A stretch of 64,000 bases of DNA from Corallincola holothuriorum (GTDB taxonomy: Bacteria; Pseudomonadota; Gammaproteobacteria; Enterobacterales; Neiellaceae): NCBI RefSeq assembly GCF_003336225.1, contig NZ_QPID01000006.1:104207-168206 (forward strand), given 5' to 3'. Shown one piece after another: positions 38,550 to 48,272 of the stretch. The notes beneath the pieces were generated by a model. It saw nothing but the letters and a program-made list of their open reading frames with translations. It did no database searches and was not told the DNA's origin. The translations under genes and the position numbers were made by a program. Every line of letters begins with the position of its first letter. The stretch's first letter is position 1.

Positions 38550-39250
38550 TGAGTGAGTTAAGCGTATTAGAAAAACAACTGATTGATAGCTTCGATGATC
38601 TTAAGCTCAGTGACAGTGAGCGGGCGGAGCTGAAGGAGCTTGCTCGACCATTAAGCGCAGATAAAGTGAGATTTATTCGCAACAAAGCGTTTGCTATTGC
38701 CCGTGACAAAATTGCTACGGCTAGTGGAGATGATAATGCTGCTGAAGCGTTGTCGGCGCTTGGTTGGCTGGAGCGGGTGGTGAAAACCCTTGATCAGGCC
38801 ACGCGCAAACAAGCGATCACCTCGGGAGCTTATTTCAGCCCAGGCACGGCTTGCATGAAGAAGATCGTTGACCTTTGTCACCAAGCCAAGCGCAACATTG
38901 ATATCTGTGTCTTTACTATCTCAGATGATCGCCTCAGCGCTGCGATTAAGAAAGCCCATGATCGCGGCGTGCAGGTGCGGATCATCACGGATAATGATAA
39001 AGCCAATGACAGTGGCAGTGATGTTGACCAGTTAGCCAGACAAGGGGTGCCGTTGCGTATGGATCGCACTGAATACCATATGCACCACAAGTTTGCGTTA
39101 TTTGACCGCGTAACCTTGCTTAACGGCAGTTTTAACTGGACCCGCAGCGCGACAGATAAGAACGAAGAGAACATTTTGGTGACGGACAGTGAAACGCTAT
39201 GTGCTTCCTATCTGGAACAGTTTGAGCGTTTGTGGCAGAAGTTCGCCTAA
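38546..39250 (+). CDS. Phospholipase D-family nuclease (single HKD motif, Nuc/Zucchini-like)
   Basis: Single HxKx4D...N motif (HMHHKFALFDRVTLLNGSFNWTRSA) in a ~150 aa PLD core after a ~90 aa helical N-terminal extension. Its ATG overlaps the TGA of the giant gene (ATGA). Confidence 0.8.
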   Translation: MMSELSVLEKQLIDSFDDLKLSDSERAELKELARPLSADKVRFIRNKAFAIARDKIATASGDDNAAEALSALGWLERVVKTLDQATRKQAITSGAYFSPGTACMKKIVDLCHQAKRNIDICVFTISDDRLSAAIKKAHDRGVQVRIITDNDKANDSGSDVDQLARQGVPLRMDRTEYHMHHKFALFDRVTLLNGSFNWTRSATDKNEENILVTDSETLCASYLEQFERLWQKFA

Positions 39251-39307
39251 TATAGCCTGCTATTGATATGAGCGGGTGAGAGTTGATAAAGGTAGCAGTA
39301 AATCAAA

Positions 39308-39745
39308 ATGAATAAACAGAATTCAGGAGAAGAAGCGATGCGCGGAGCAGGCGGAACCAGCGGTGGGGTGGGGCAATTCTTTATTGGCTTGGTAATGATG
39401 TGTGGCGGTTTTTATATGCTGTTTAATGCCATTACAGTGCGCTCCAGCTTTGGTATGCGTACCTCTCTATACTCCTTTGGCTCAGGCTGGGGAATCACCA
39501 GCGGTATGGTGATGATCCCGTTTATCTTTGGTATTGGGCTTATTTTTTACAACAGCAAAAATATCCTTGGTTGGATCCTAACCATCGGTTCACTGGTGGC
39601 GCTTATCTTTGGCGTGATCTCCTCGATAAACTTCAGCATGCGTACCATGACCTCATTCGATCTCATTGTGATCTTAGTGTTGTCCGTTGGTGGCGTAGGC
39701 TTGTTTTTGCGCTCGCTAAAAGGGCTGCCGGAAGTAAGTGAATAG
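39308..39745 (+). CDS. Small 4-TM membrane protein, last gene of the operon
   Basis: AGGAGAAG Shine-Dalgarno. 145 aa with Gly-rich hydrophobic helices. Followed by a terminator. Confidence 0.45.
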   Translation: MNKQNSGEEAMRGAGGTSGGVGQFFIGLVMMCGGFYMLFNAITVRSSFGMRTSLYSFGSGWGITSGMVMIPFIFGIGLIFYNSKNILGWILTIGSLVALIFGVISSINFSMRTMTSFDLIVILVLSVGGVGLFLRSLKGLPEVSE

Positions 39746-39778
39746 TATTCGATGATAGGCTAACTTATAGCGATACAA

Positions 39779-39804
39779 GGGCACCACCTACGGTGCCCTT
39801 TTTT
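39779..39804 (+). terminator. Rho-independent terminator (gggcacc-acctac-ggtgccc + T6)
   Basis: 7-bp GC stem with a T-run. It closes the plus-strand operon. Confidence 0.8.
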
Positions 39805-40299
39805 CTGGTTGCTCGTGGGTTCTCTCTGTTACATCTGTGGTTACCCCATTTTCATCTCAATCACACGCTCTTTACTAAGGTGCTTGAGCATCGTTTCTTC
39901 GTTTCACCGATATAGGTGGCTTTGTGTTATCTACCTGCTACCGTCGAATTCGTTAGCGCAGGCGTGATTTTTCTCCTATTTGGTATTACTTCTTTGATAC
40001 CAATTTCTGTGGCTTATTTTTGTAGGTTAGATACGTTAAAAGAGACTGATAGGGCTTAATTTAGTTGTGTGACTGATAGGTGTGAAGGTTGCTCTTGTGT
40101 TTGTAACTTGCTGAATTTAAAGTGTAAAAAAACCTGACACCGGAAAATAGCTTAAACTAAATTAGTTTGTTTATCATGTTGTTATGAAGAACGTCATCAA
40201 ATGGTTGATTTGGGGCATTCTATTTAATATTAGCTTGCTATAAGATGCGCAAAAATTAGGCATTTTATAACAAGAAAATAACAAGTAGGTGAAGTAGCT

Positions 40300-40674
40300 A
40301 TGACGTATTGGCGAGTAGTAGTATTCTCGGCTCTTATAGCAGTATTGACGACCGGTTGCGCAACCCAGCCACTGGATCTTGGCATGGATATGAAAGGCCA
40401 GTGGCAGATCACTTTGCTTGATGGCAATCACTACCCAGCAACAATTCAACAGCTAAGCATGGATCGTGTACAGATTAACTGTGCGAGTCTAAAGCTATCT
40501 GGTGAGTATGAATTCCATGGTAGCGCATTGACGTTGGCGAAAGCCGATGCCAAGCGAGTTAAGTCGGCTTATTTTGAAAAAAATAGTATGGGTAACTGGA
40601 CGGTGATGTCTGCTAGCACCGATACCTATTTGATGCCACACCTGCTCGGCGCACAACTCGTCCGCATAAACTGA
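40300..40674 (+). CDS. Hypothetical lipoprotein
   Basis: Shine-Dalgarno aggtgaag; signal peptide with an LTTGC lipobox. Confidence 0.4.
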   Translation: MTYWRVVVFSALIAVLTTGCATQPLDLGMDMKGQWQITLLDGNHYPATIQQLSMDRVQINCASLKLSGEYEFHGSALTLAKADAKRVKSAYFEKNSMGNWTVMSASTDTYLMPHLLGAQLVRIN

Positions 40675-40754
40675 GCATGCTTGTCACTCGGGGAGGGCAT
40701 ATGTGTGTTACTCCCTGAATTTGGCAATGCCTCTTTCGATAAGCTGCCATCGGC

Positions 40755-41606
40755 TTAGTGCTTATCAAAAAAATCTTTTCTACGAATATATTTCCCCATG
40801 TCATGGTAACTGATTGGCATCATGAGCCAGCTGGTTAAGCTTTTGACCAGGCGAAAGTGCTCAGAGACATTTTCGTAAATCTTATCGTTATGCAGCCATA
40901 GCATCCGCCCAACATGCCAGTAAAGTCCGGGAATAGGCGGTAAAAAAGTTACAATATCGATATCACAGCAGATCCTGTACGTACGTTTATGCAATAAGTA
41001 CTGCTTTTTGAAGCTCCATGTGCCAGTGCCGGGCTGACCGAACGTGATCACTCGTTTTACCTTGGTTGGATAGCGTCTTTCTAATCTATCTGCTGCCAAG
41101 ATGGCCATAGAGCCACCAGAGGAGTGCCCGGTTAGTGTAATCCGTTTACCGTCAGCAATGAGCGGTTCAAGAACTTGTTGGAGCCGTTCATATACGCTGA
41201 CGTTCCGCTCTTTTTCTGCGTGATCCCGAGGCATGATTTGAGATACGAGTGGAGTCGTCGGCAATAGGGAAGGTTCGGTGGCGTATTTTGCCAACGGACT
41301 GGGTAGCTCCAGCAACCGAGAGTAGCCCCAGTGGACGCGATAGCTTGCACCTGGATATGTTCGTTTTACTGGAAATAGTGCCAGATTAGTTAGCCAATCG
41401 GTTAAGTGGTAAGTCCCTCTGAACACCACGACAACTTCTCTTTTTTCTCCCCACATGACCCGAATTGATACTTGACCACTTAAATCGCGGATAAGGCAGT
41501 GGCCTTCAGTATTGAACCCGTAAGCGGTGTGATCAAAGTCTGTCGGGTAGGACGCTTGGCACAGCAGTGCATAGCGCTCGTATTGATAGCTTTTTAACTT
41601 TTTCAA
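40755..41606 (-). CDS. Class-3 (fungal-type) lipase / alpha-beta hydrolase
   Basis: TLTGHSSGGSMA nucleophile elbow (GHSxG) in a Lipase_3-like context (VVVFRGTYHLTDW). Confidence 0.7.
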   Translation of the reverse strand: MKKLKSYQYERYALLCQASYPTDFDHTAYGFNTEGHCLIRDLSGQVSIRVMWGEKREVVVVFRGTYHLTDWLTNLALFPVKRTYPGASYRVHWGYSRLLELPSPLAKYATEPSLLPTTPLVSQIMPRDHAEKERNVSVYERLQQVLEPLIADGKRITLTGHSSGGSMAILAADRLERRYPTKVKRVITFGQPGTGTWSFKKQYLLHKRTYRICCDIDIVTFLPPIPGLYWHVGRMLWLHNDKIYENVSEHFRLVKSLTSWLMMPISYHDMGKYIRRKDFFDKH

Positions 41607-41672
41607 AGGAGAGTTCTGTAGCTACTAATACCCCCAGATTAACGTCGAGATGAAGATGTCTTCGTGGCAATT

Positions 41673-42506
41673 TTACGACATTTTTGTTTCATCAGTTTTA
41701 GGCGACGACGCGGATGCTGATGTTGCGGTATTATTTTGCTGAGCAATCACTGCTTGCAGTTCGTTTAGCTGTACTTGGAGTGTCTTGATGTCATCACGCA
41801 GATTTGTAATGGCATGCTGATCCTTGCGCTCCTCATCCTCCTCCAGTAGCCAGGATGCAACAAAACCGGTAAAGGTACCGAACAGTCCAACACCCGCGAC
41901 CATCAACATAGCAGCGATAATCCGCCCACCGATGGAGACAGGGTAATAGTCACCGTAACCCACCGTTGTTATCGTCACAAACGACCACCACAACGCATCC
42001 GCGCCGGTTTCTACATTTGCCCCCTCAACTCCCTGCTCCAGTTGTAAGATGGCGATGGCAGCGAAGATAATCATCAGCAGTGACACGGTACAAACGAGAG
42101 TAAAAGAACTCTCTGTTTTATGACGCATGGCGTAGTTGATGAGTACTTTTGTTGAACGTACTGCTCGCAGAATACGCATCACTCTAACGATACGTACGAC
42201 GCGGGCATAGCGGAGCGGGTCGATCATTGGGATACTGGAAATAAAATCTATCCAACCCCATTTCATAAACTGTTTTCGGTTATCGGCACGATGCCATCTA
42301 ATAAAAAAGTCCGTCATAAAAATCAGGCAGATAGCGTTGTCGGCGATATCGAGAATATCGACAACTTCTGCTGGTAATTCGAATAGACTTTGCACGATCA
42401 AGGCCAACAAAACATAAAAAGACAAGACCAATAGGGCGACTTGAAAACTGCTGATTGCTTCTTCAGTTTTTTGATTACATTTGGTATTTGCGGCTGACGT
42501 GTTCAA
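41673..42506 (-). CDS. Voltage-gated-type potassium channel (6-TM ion_trans architecture)
   Basis: S4-like helix with Arg at every third position (RVVRIVRVMRILRAVR), a TTVGYGD pore signature, and a C-terminal coiled coil. Confidence 0.7.
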   Translation of the reverse strand: MNTSAANTKCNQKTEEAISSFQVALLVLSFYVLLALIVQSLFELPAEVVDILDIADNAICLIFMTDFFIRWHRADNRKQFMKWGWIDFISSIPMIDPLRYARVVRIVRVMRILRAVRSTKVLINYAMRHKTESSFTLVCTVSLLMIIFAAIAILQLEQGVEGANVETGADALWWSFVTITTVGYGDYYPVSIGGRIIAAMLMVAGVGLFGTFTGFVASWLLEEDEERKDQHAITNLRDDIKTLQVQLNELQAVIAQQNNTATSASASSPKTDETKMS

Positions 42507-42912
42507 TTTTTCCTCTGTGCTGACTATGCGATTTTTTAGTGTACTGAGAGTGGTTCTAACCGTCGGCGTACATTCTACTTCCCTATCTGAATGGTCGGGA
42601 TACGGAAGAGCGTCACTGGTTTATCCAACTGAGCCTCATCTTCAAAAGCGGGTCTGCCACAGCCGAAATGCTTAGACTTACTTCGTTTGCCGCCACTGTG
42701 ATTCACGGTGAAGAGAGTGCAATAAACGAGGTAGTGAGTCTATCAAGGCGCTTCTTTCAAACGCTAGTAGACTACGATTTTCACTAAAAGTTGCACAACA
42801 AGAAGTTGGCTGACGCTGGCTATGATATTAACGCTCTGAACGCTATTTATATGTCGTAAGAAACTCAGCCATTGGCCGCTTAATGGCTGAGTATTATACA
42901 GGCTAAACTACC

Positions 42913-45900
42913 CTAATGAGCATCCTGTTTATTGGCAAAGCTTACTTTGCCAAAGTCATCCAATACTGAATAAAAGGCCGGCACCATAAACAATACCAGT
43001 GCTGTTGAAGCGAAGATGCCAAAGACCACAGATATCACTAGGGGCTTGAGCACTTGCGCTTGCAAGCTCGTCTCCAGCATCAGTGGCAACATCCCTGCGG
43101 CAGTGGTCATCGAGGTGATAAAGACCGCGCGAAAACGCTCACGACTGGCCTGTACCACGGCTTCATGCACGCTATCCCCCTCTTCGACGTGATGGCGAAT
43201 GTATTGCACCAGCAGGATAGAGTCGTTCACCACGATCCCTGCCAGGGATACAAAGCCCATCACTGATGGCATAGACAAGCTATAGCCGAGTAGCAGGTGC
43301 CCCCAAAGCACACCAATTAAAGCTAAAGGGATCGCAACCATGACGGTGACGGGTTCCAAATAGCTTTTGAACTGCAGGCTTAATATCGCAAAGACGCCAA
43401 AGAGACCGAGCAAGAAGCCTTTGCCCATGGAGCTTCCGGTCTTGGCGCTTTCTTTAACTTCTCCTTCGAACTCTATACGCAGTCCTGGATGCTTCGCCAG
43501 CAGTTGTGGCATCAGCTCGTTGCGGAACAACTGCAGTACCTCGTTGGTGTTGGCCTGGCTGACATCGACATCGCCCAGCACACTGATTGTTCGCAGGCCA
43601 TCTATCCGTTCAATACGGACAAACCCGCGTTGAAAGGCTATCTCGGCCAGTGAAGCAAGTGGCACCTGTTTGTCGCCGACATTAATAGGAAAGTTGAGAA
43701 GATTGCTTAGCTTAGCCGCATCAGCTTTGGCCAGCTTAACGTCGATCTGGATATTTTCTGGCCCCACTTGGATCTCATCAGCGGTTTGATGGAAATAGGC
43801 GCCGCGCAGCTGGCTGGCGAGCATCTGACCATCGATACCATACACCTCTGCACCGGGACGCAAGGTGACTAATATTTCCTCTTTACCGGGGCGCATGGTA
43901 TCGAGCAAACCGTAAACCCCCTGAAAATTCGATAGGTATTGTTGGACCTCGGTGGAGACCTGCTTAAGCAGATATAGATCGTCATGCCGTATGCGAATTT
44001 CGATGGCGCGTCCCGCGGGCCCCATCTCTGGTTGTTTAAATACCATAGACAAGGGGGCGGCTAACTCGCCGGTCTCTTCACGCCATTGGCGAATGAACTC
44101 GTGTATTGATCCCTGGCGTAGTTCCGCGCTTAGCAGATCCAAGCGGACGGTGGCGACATGTGGGCCTGTCTCTTTCGCATCGTTATTGAAATTGAATTTT
44201 TCAGTCAGGTGTTGCACATAGCTTTGGTCCACTTCCTCGGCAGAAAAGCGTTCATCTACTTTTTCTGCCGCCGCGACGATCTTTTCTACCACGGTTTTTG
44301 TTTCCATCAGCGTTGCGCCGGGTGGCAGTACCACGCGCGCTTCGACGATATCGCCATCAAGTTCTGGAAACCCGATAAATTTCACCGCGCCGCCAGCCAC
44401 CAAGGAGAGCGAGAGTAAAAATAGGGCGATGATCGCGCCCAAGAAGCCGTAGCGCCATTTAACAACCCACTCAACGGCGTTGACCAACTGGTTGTTTCTA
44501 AACGCTTCAAAGTGCTGATGGAACCAAGCGCGGATCCCTCTTGGCGCATCGCCGTCACTGTTCTTGCTGAGCGCATGGGACAGGTGATTAGGCAGGATCA
44601 AAAATGCTTCCAATAAACTGATTGTCAGGATCAGTAGCAGTGTTAAGGGAACGACTTTTAGAACATTGCCCATCTGACCATCAAGAAACAGCAGAGATGA
44701 GAAGATAAATACCGTGGTTAAAAACGATGACAGTACGCCCGGTGCAACCTTTTTAACGCCCGCGACAATGGCTTCAGAACGCTCCATACCGCGTTCTACA
44801 TGGGAAGCGATTGACTCCGCTATCACAATGGCATCATCCATCATGATGCCGATCGCCATGAGAAAAGCGACCAGCGTCATCACGTTAATCGACAGACCAA
44901 ACAATGGCATCATTGCTACGGCCGCTAAGAAGGCAACGGGTAAGCCCATGGCGACCCAAAATGAGTAGCGAAGGCTGAAGAACAGCCACATGGTTAGGAA
45001 AACCAGGAACACCCCCTGCAAACCGTTTTTGATCATCATACTCAGACGATCTGAGACCAGTGAAGACATGTCGTTGGTGGTTTGTAGCGTCACGCCTGCG
45101 GGCAGGTTAGGGCGTATTTCATCAAGCAGTCGCAGCAAGTCTTCTTTGACTTTGAGTACGTCCTCCTCTTTGTTTTTACTGATGGACAAGATGGCGGCCG
45201 GTTTGCCATCAAACAGCACATGCTCTTCGTCCAGCTCAAAGCGATCCGTGAGCACGGCAACATCGCCGAGCCTGACGATACCGCCATCGGTATTTGAACT
45301 GATCACTGTTTCTGCCAATGCCGCAGGGGTGACCTTTTGTTCATCAAAACGGATCAGCAGGTTCTTGTCGTGGGTCTCTATAGTGCCGGAGGGCAGGCGC
45401 ACGTTTTGCCGACGTAATTTGTCGGCAATATCACCGACTGATAAGCCGAGACGACGTATATCTGTCAGCGACAGTTCCACCAATATTTGATGATCAGAGA
45501 AGCCATTGATGGTGACCAGTTTAACGCCCGCTTCAAGTTTGATACGGCGCTTCAGTTGTTCGGCATAAGCCTTTAGCTCCGACGCTGGTAGATCTGCGAC
45601 TAGAGCGACATCCATGACCGGTTTGGTACGGGACAACTCGGTGACGACCGGTGGCTCAGCTTCATCGGGAAAGTCTTTCACCGCATTAATCTGAGTCTGT
45701 ACATCGAGCAACATGCGGCTGATATCTGTGCCGCTATTGAGCTTTAGGGTCAGGGTGGCCATCCCTTCCACGGCTTCACAACGCACTTCTTCGATATCTG
45801 ATAGACCATCAACGGCATCTTCCATTCGCTGACACAGGTTTTCTTCGGCGTCCTGAGGCGCCGCACCCGGTTGCACTATCTGTGCTTGCACAAAATCAGA

Positions 45901-46017
45901 TTCGAATTCTGGAAAGGTCTCCCGTTTGATCGTTGGGATCACCATTAAGCCAACCAAAATCATCGACAACATCAATAGGTTGGCAGCGGTTGGGTGCCGC
46001 GTAAAATAGTTGATCAC
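42913..46017 (-). CDS. RND efflux pump, inner-membrane permease (AcrB/HAE1 family)
   Basis: 1034 aa, 12 TM helices with two large periplasmic loops. Typical AcrB N-terminus (MINYFTRHPTAANLLMLSMILVG). Confidence 0.9.
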   Translation of the reverse strand: MINYFTRHPTAANLLMLSMILVGLMVIPTIKRETFPEFESDFVQAQIVQPGAAPQDAEENLCQRMEDAVDGLSDIEEVRCEAVEGMATLTLKLNSGTDISRMLLDVQTQINAVKDFPDEAEPPVVTELSRTKPVMDVALVADLPASELKAYAEQLKRRIKLEAGVKLVTINGFSDHQILVELSLTDIRRLGLSVGDIADKLRRQNVRLPSGTIETHDKNLLIRFDEQKVTPAALAETVISSNTDGGIVRLGDVAVLTDRFELDEEHVLFDGKPAAILSISKNKEEDVLKVKEDLLRLLDEIRPNLPAGVTLQTTNDMSSLVSDRLSMMIKNGLQGVFLVFLTMWLFFSLRYSFWVAMGLPVAFLAAVAMMPLFGLSINVMTLVAFLMAIGIMMDDAIVIAESIASHVERGMERSEAIVAGVKKVAPGVLSSFLTTVFIFSSLLFLDGQMGNVLKVVPLTLLLILTISLLEAFLILPNHLSHALSKNSDGDAPRGIRAWFHQHFEAFRNNQLVNAVEWVVKWRYGFLGAIIALFLLSLSLVAGGAVKFIGFPELDGDIVEARVVLPPGATLMETKTVVEKIVAAAEKVDERFSAEEVDQSYVQHLTEKFNFNNDAKETGPHVATVRLDLLSAELRQGSIHEFIRQWREETGELAAPLSMVFKQPEMGPAGRAIEIRIRHDDLYLLKQVSTEVQQYLSNFQGVYGLLDTMRPGKEEILVTLRPGAEVYGIDGQMLASQLRGAYFHQTADEIQVGPENIQIDVKLAKADAAKLSNLLNFPINVGDKQVPLASLAEIAFQRGFVRIERIDGLRTISVLGDVDVSQANTNEVLQLFRNELMPQLLAKHPGLRIEFEGEVKESAKTGSSMGKGFLLGLFGVFAILSLQFKSYLEPVTVMVAIPLALIGVLWGHLLLGYSLSMPSVMGFVSLAGIVVNDSILLVQYIRHHVEEGDSVHEAVVQASRERFRAVFITSMTTAAGMLPLMLETSLQAQVLKPLVISVVFGIFASTALVLFMVPAFYSVLDDFGKVSFANKQDAH

Positions 46018-47336
46018 GGCTGAACCTCGGTGTTGATTACTTTCAGTGCCATGCCAGCCACCGCGGGCATTAGATCTGTGGTGATCACGCGATCACCCGG
46101 CGAAAGTTCGGCGGTAATGGCCACTGACTGACCGTTGAAGAACAGCATTTTTGCTGGAATGATCTGTAACTGATCGTTGTTATCCAGCAGATATATCTGA
46201 TTACCGTGTAGTGCTTTTAGTGGTAATAGCCAATGGGCTTTAGGCTTGCCCTTAATTTCTGCACGGAGAAACATGCCGTTGACCAGCGGCGGTTTAACAG
46301 CGGGCTCAATCTCTTGCCAATTTTGTTCAACTTCCAGAAAGATACCGACCGTGGCTTGGCTGGGATCAACCGTGTCACTGATCCGGTCAACGCTGGCGGG
46401 CCAACGATAGTTAAAATCGAATCCTTCCAGGATTAGCTCGGCAGTCATTCCCAGTTCAGAGACTTGTGGCATGCCATTGTCCAGTGGCTTGAAGTTCAAA
46501 CTCCGTACCAGCGTTCGCATATCGTGAATAGATACTTGCGCATTCACGTTCATCAGCTGCATACCATGGGCGCTGACCATCACTTGCTGACTATTAACAA
46601 CTTGGTCCAATTCGACGTCAACTTCTGCGATCCTGCCTCGAAAGGGCAGTACTACCTCGGTTTTATCCAGTTTGCGTTTGGCATCATCAACTCTGGCGCT
46701 GGCTTGGCGGAGTTGTGCTTGCAACAGTTCCTCTTCGTTAGGCATCAGCTTTAACTGGTTTTCCAGTTCTTGCACTTTTTGCTGCTGTTGCAGTAGGTTT
46801 TGCGCTTCAAGATCCAGCTCAGACTGGGACACTAGGTTTTTATTCTTTAGCTGTTTTTTCCGGGTAAGCTCTTGTTTGGACAGCGCCAGACGATCATGCT
46901 CGATTTGCAAAGACAGCGCTAAGTTTTGCCGTTCTAAGGTTTTCCCTTCGAGTTGTACTTCAATGGCGCGATGGTCAGCTTCGGCCTCTGCCAGGCTGAT
47001 CTCATAATCAGTGCGGTCGATACGCAGCAGCGTGCTACCTGCTGGTAGGGTTTTGCCCTTATACATGTCTGGGTTGCGGTAAACCACACGGCCGCTCACT
47101 TCGGCAACTGCTTGCCATATCTGCTTCGGCTCGACACGACCGAAGCCCTCAATGGTTGGCGCAATCAGCTGTTGTTTGACGACCAGTATGTCGACTGCCG
47201 CAGCGTTCTCTGTGGAAGGTGAAAGTGCTGGTTTGCCTTTTAGCGCGATGATGACAATAAGAGCCAGTAAACCAGCCCCTACACCGTAGACAAATAGGCG
47301 CTTTTTCGGCGTGAGGGAGTTAAGCTGAAAGCCCAT
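46014..47336 (-). CDS. RND efflux periplasmic adaptor (membrane fusion protein, HlyD/AcrA family)
   Basis: N-terminal TM anchor, coiled-coil hairpin, and beta-barrel domains. Overlaps the permease start. Confidence 0.8.
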   Translation of the reverse strand: MGFQLNSLTPKKRLFVYGVGAGLLALIVIIALKGKPALSPSTENAAAVDILVVKQQLIAPTIEGFGRVEPKQIWQAVAEVSGRVVYRNPDMYKGKTLPAGSTLLRIDRTDYEISLAEAEADHRAIEVQLEGKTLERQNLALSLQIEHDRLALSKQELTRKKQLKNKNLVSQSELDLEAQNLLQQQQKVQELENQLKLMPNEEELLQAQLRQASARVDDAKRKLDKTEVVLPFRGRIAEVDVELDQVVNSQQVMVSAHGMQLMNVNAQVSIHDMRTLVRSLNFKPLDNGMPQVSELGMTAELILEGFDFNYRWPASVDRISDTVDPSQATVGIFLEVEQNWQEIEPAVKPPLVNGMFLRAEIKGKPKAHWLLPLKALHGNQIYLLDNNDQLQIIPAKMLFFNGQSVAITAELSPGDRVITTDLMPAVAGMALKVINTEVQP

Positions 47337-47979
47337 GTTTTAACAGTTCCTTATTATGTTTCGCTAAACGTTGTAGGAAATTAGTATCTAACTTGATGCC
47401 CTGCATCTGCATGATGGCCGGTGGCATTAGGAATGGAAATACCATCAGACTGATAAGGGACATACGGATCAGTTTAGGATCAAGATCTGGCTTAAGATCC
47501 GCTTTACTCATGCTGGCATCTATCTTCCGGTCGAAGGTGTCATTGATATGGGTAAACAGGCGCTGGATGATCTGTCGGGAAGGATCATCTTCCGGCAATG
47601 ACATTGCCCGCTGCACCAGTTTCGGAAATGCCGGCAGCGGCGCCATTGTTTCGTAATAGCCGCTGATAATATCGCCCAGCCCATCGACGCTACTATTATT
47701 CACAAACCGTTCCAACTGTGCCGTCATCTGATCGATGAACTGGCGACAGACTGCTTCGAATAAGCCTGCTTTGTTAGCAAAATAGTAGCGGATCATACCT
47801 ATGTTGGAGTCTGCTCGGGTCGCGATGGCACGAGTGCTGACTTTTTCGTAAGGCAGCGACGTAAATAGTTGCGCCGCAGCATCAATTAGCCGCTGTCGGA
47901 CGCGGCTATCTTCACTTGGTCGTCCAACCATGGAGCGTTTCCTTGTTAATCGGGTGATTAATATCTTAGACCGCGCCAT
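47320..47979 (-). CDS. TetR/AcrR-family transcriptional regulator
   Basis: N-terminal HTH (ALFTSLPYEKVSTRAIATRADSNIGMIRYYF). Its 3' end overlaps the adaptor gene start. Confidence 0.8.
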   Translation of the reverse strand: MARSKILITRLTRKRSMVGRPSEDSRVRQRLIDAAAQLFTSLPYEKVSTRAIATRADSNIGMIRYYFANKAGLFEAVCRQFIDQMTAQLERFVNNSSVDGLGDIISGYYETMAPLPAFPKLVQRAMSLPEDDPSRQIIQRLFTHINDTFDRKIDASMSKADLKPDLDPKLIRMSLISLMVFPFLMPPAIMQMQGIKLDTNFLQRLAKHNKELLKHGLSA

Positions 47980-48272
47980 GCTGAATGGCGAAGGGCTTTA
48001 ATTCATCGTATATCTGGGAGTGATTAATTTACGCTGATTCTCGGTAAATAGGGGTAAAACACTGTAAAGATAGGTAAAGCACATGCTGTGCTTTTCTCCT
48101 GTTTTATCTCTTTGATTAACAGGACTGTTGACGCTTGTTTGGTGTCGTAAGAATAATCGCGCACTAACGGTTGTCAGTGGTTATCGAAATAGTCTTTGCT
48201 TAGGGATATTTGGATTACGCTTATGGCAGTACGCGTACTTTTCAATAATCCCGCTCATTGGAGAATATCAGC

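Noticed and set aside
46233-47007. Cys/Ser-rich plus-strand ORFs (46464..46754, 46672..47007) within the RND adaptor gene
   Set aside because: They are antisense to a membrane-fusion-protein gene with a conserved domain order. They have odd low-complexity composition and no RBS.
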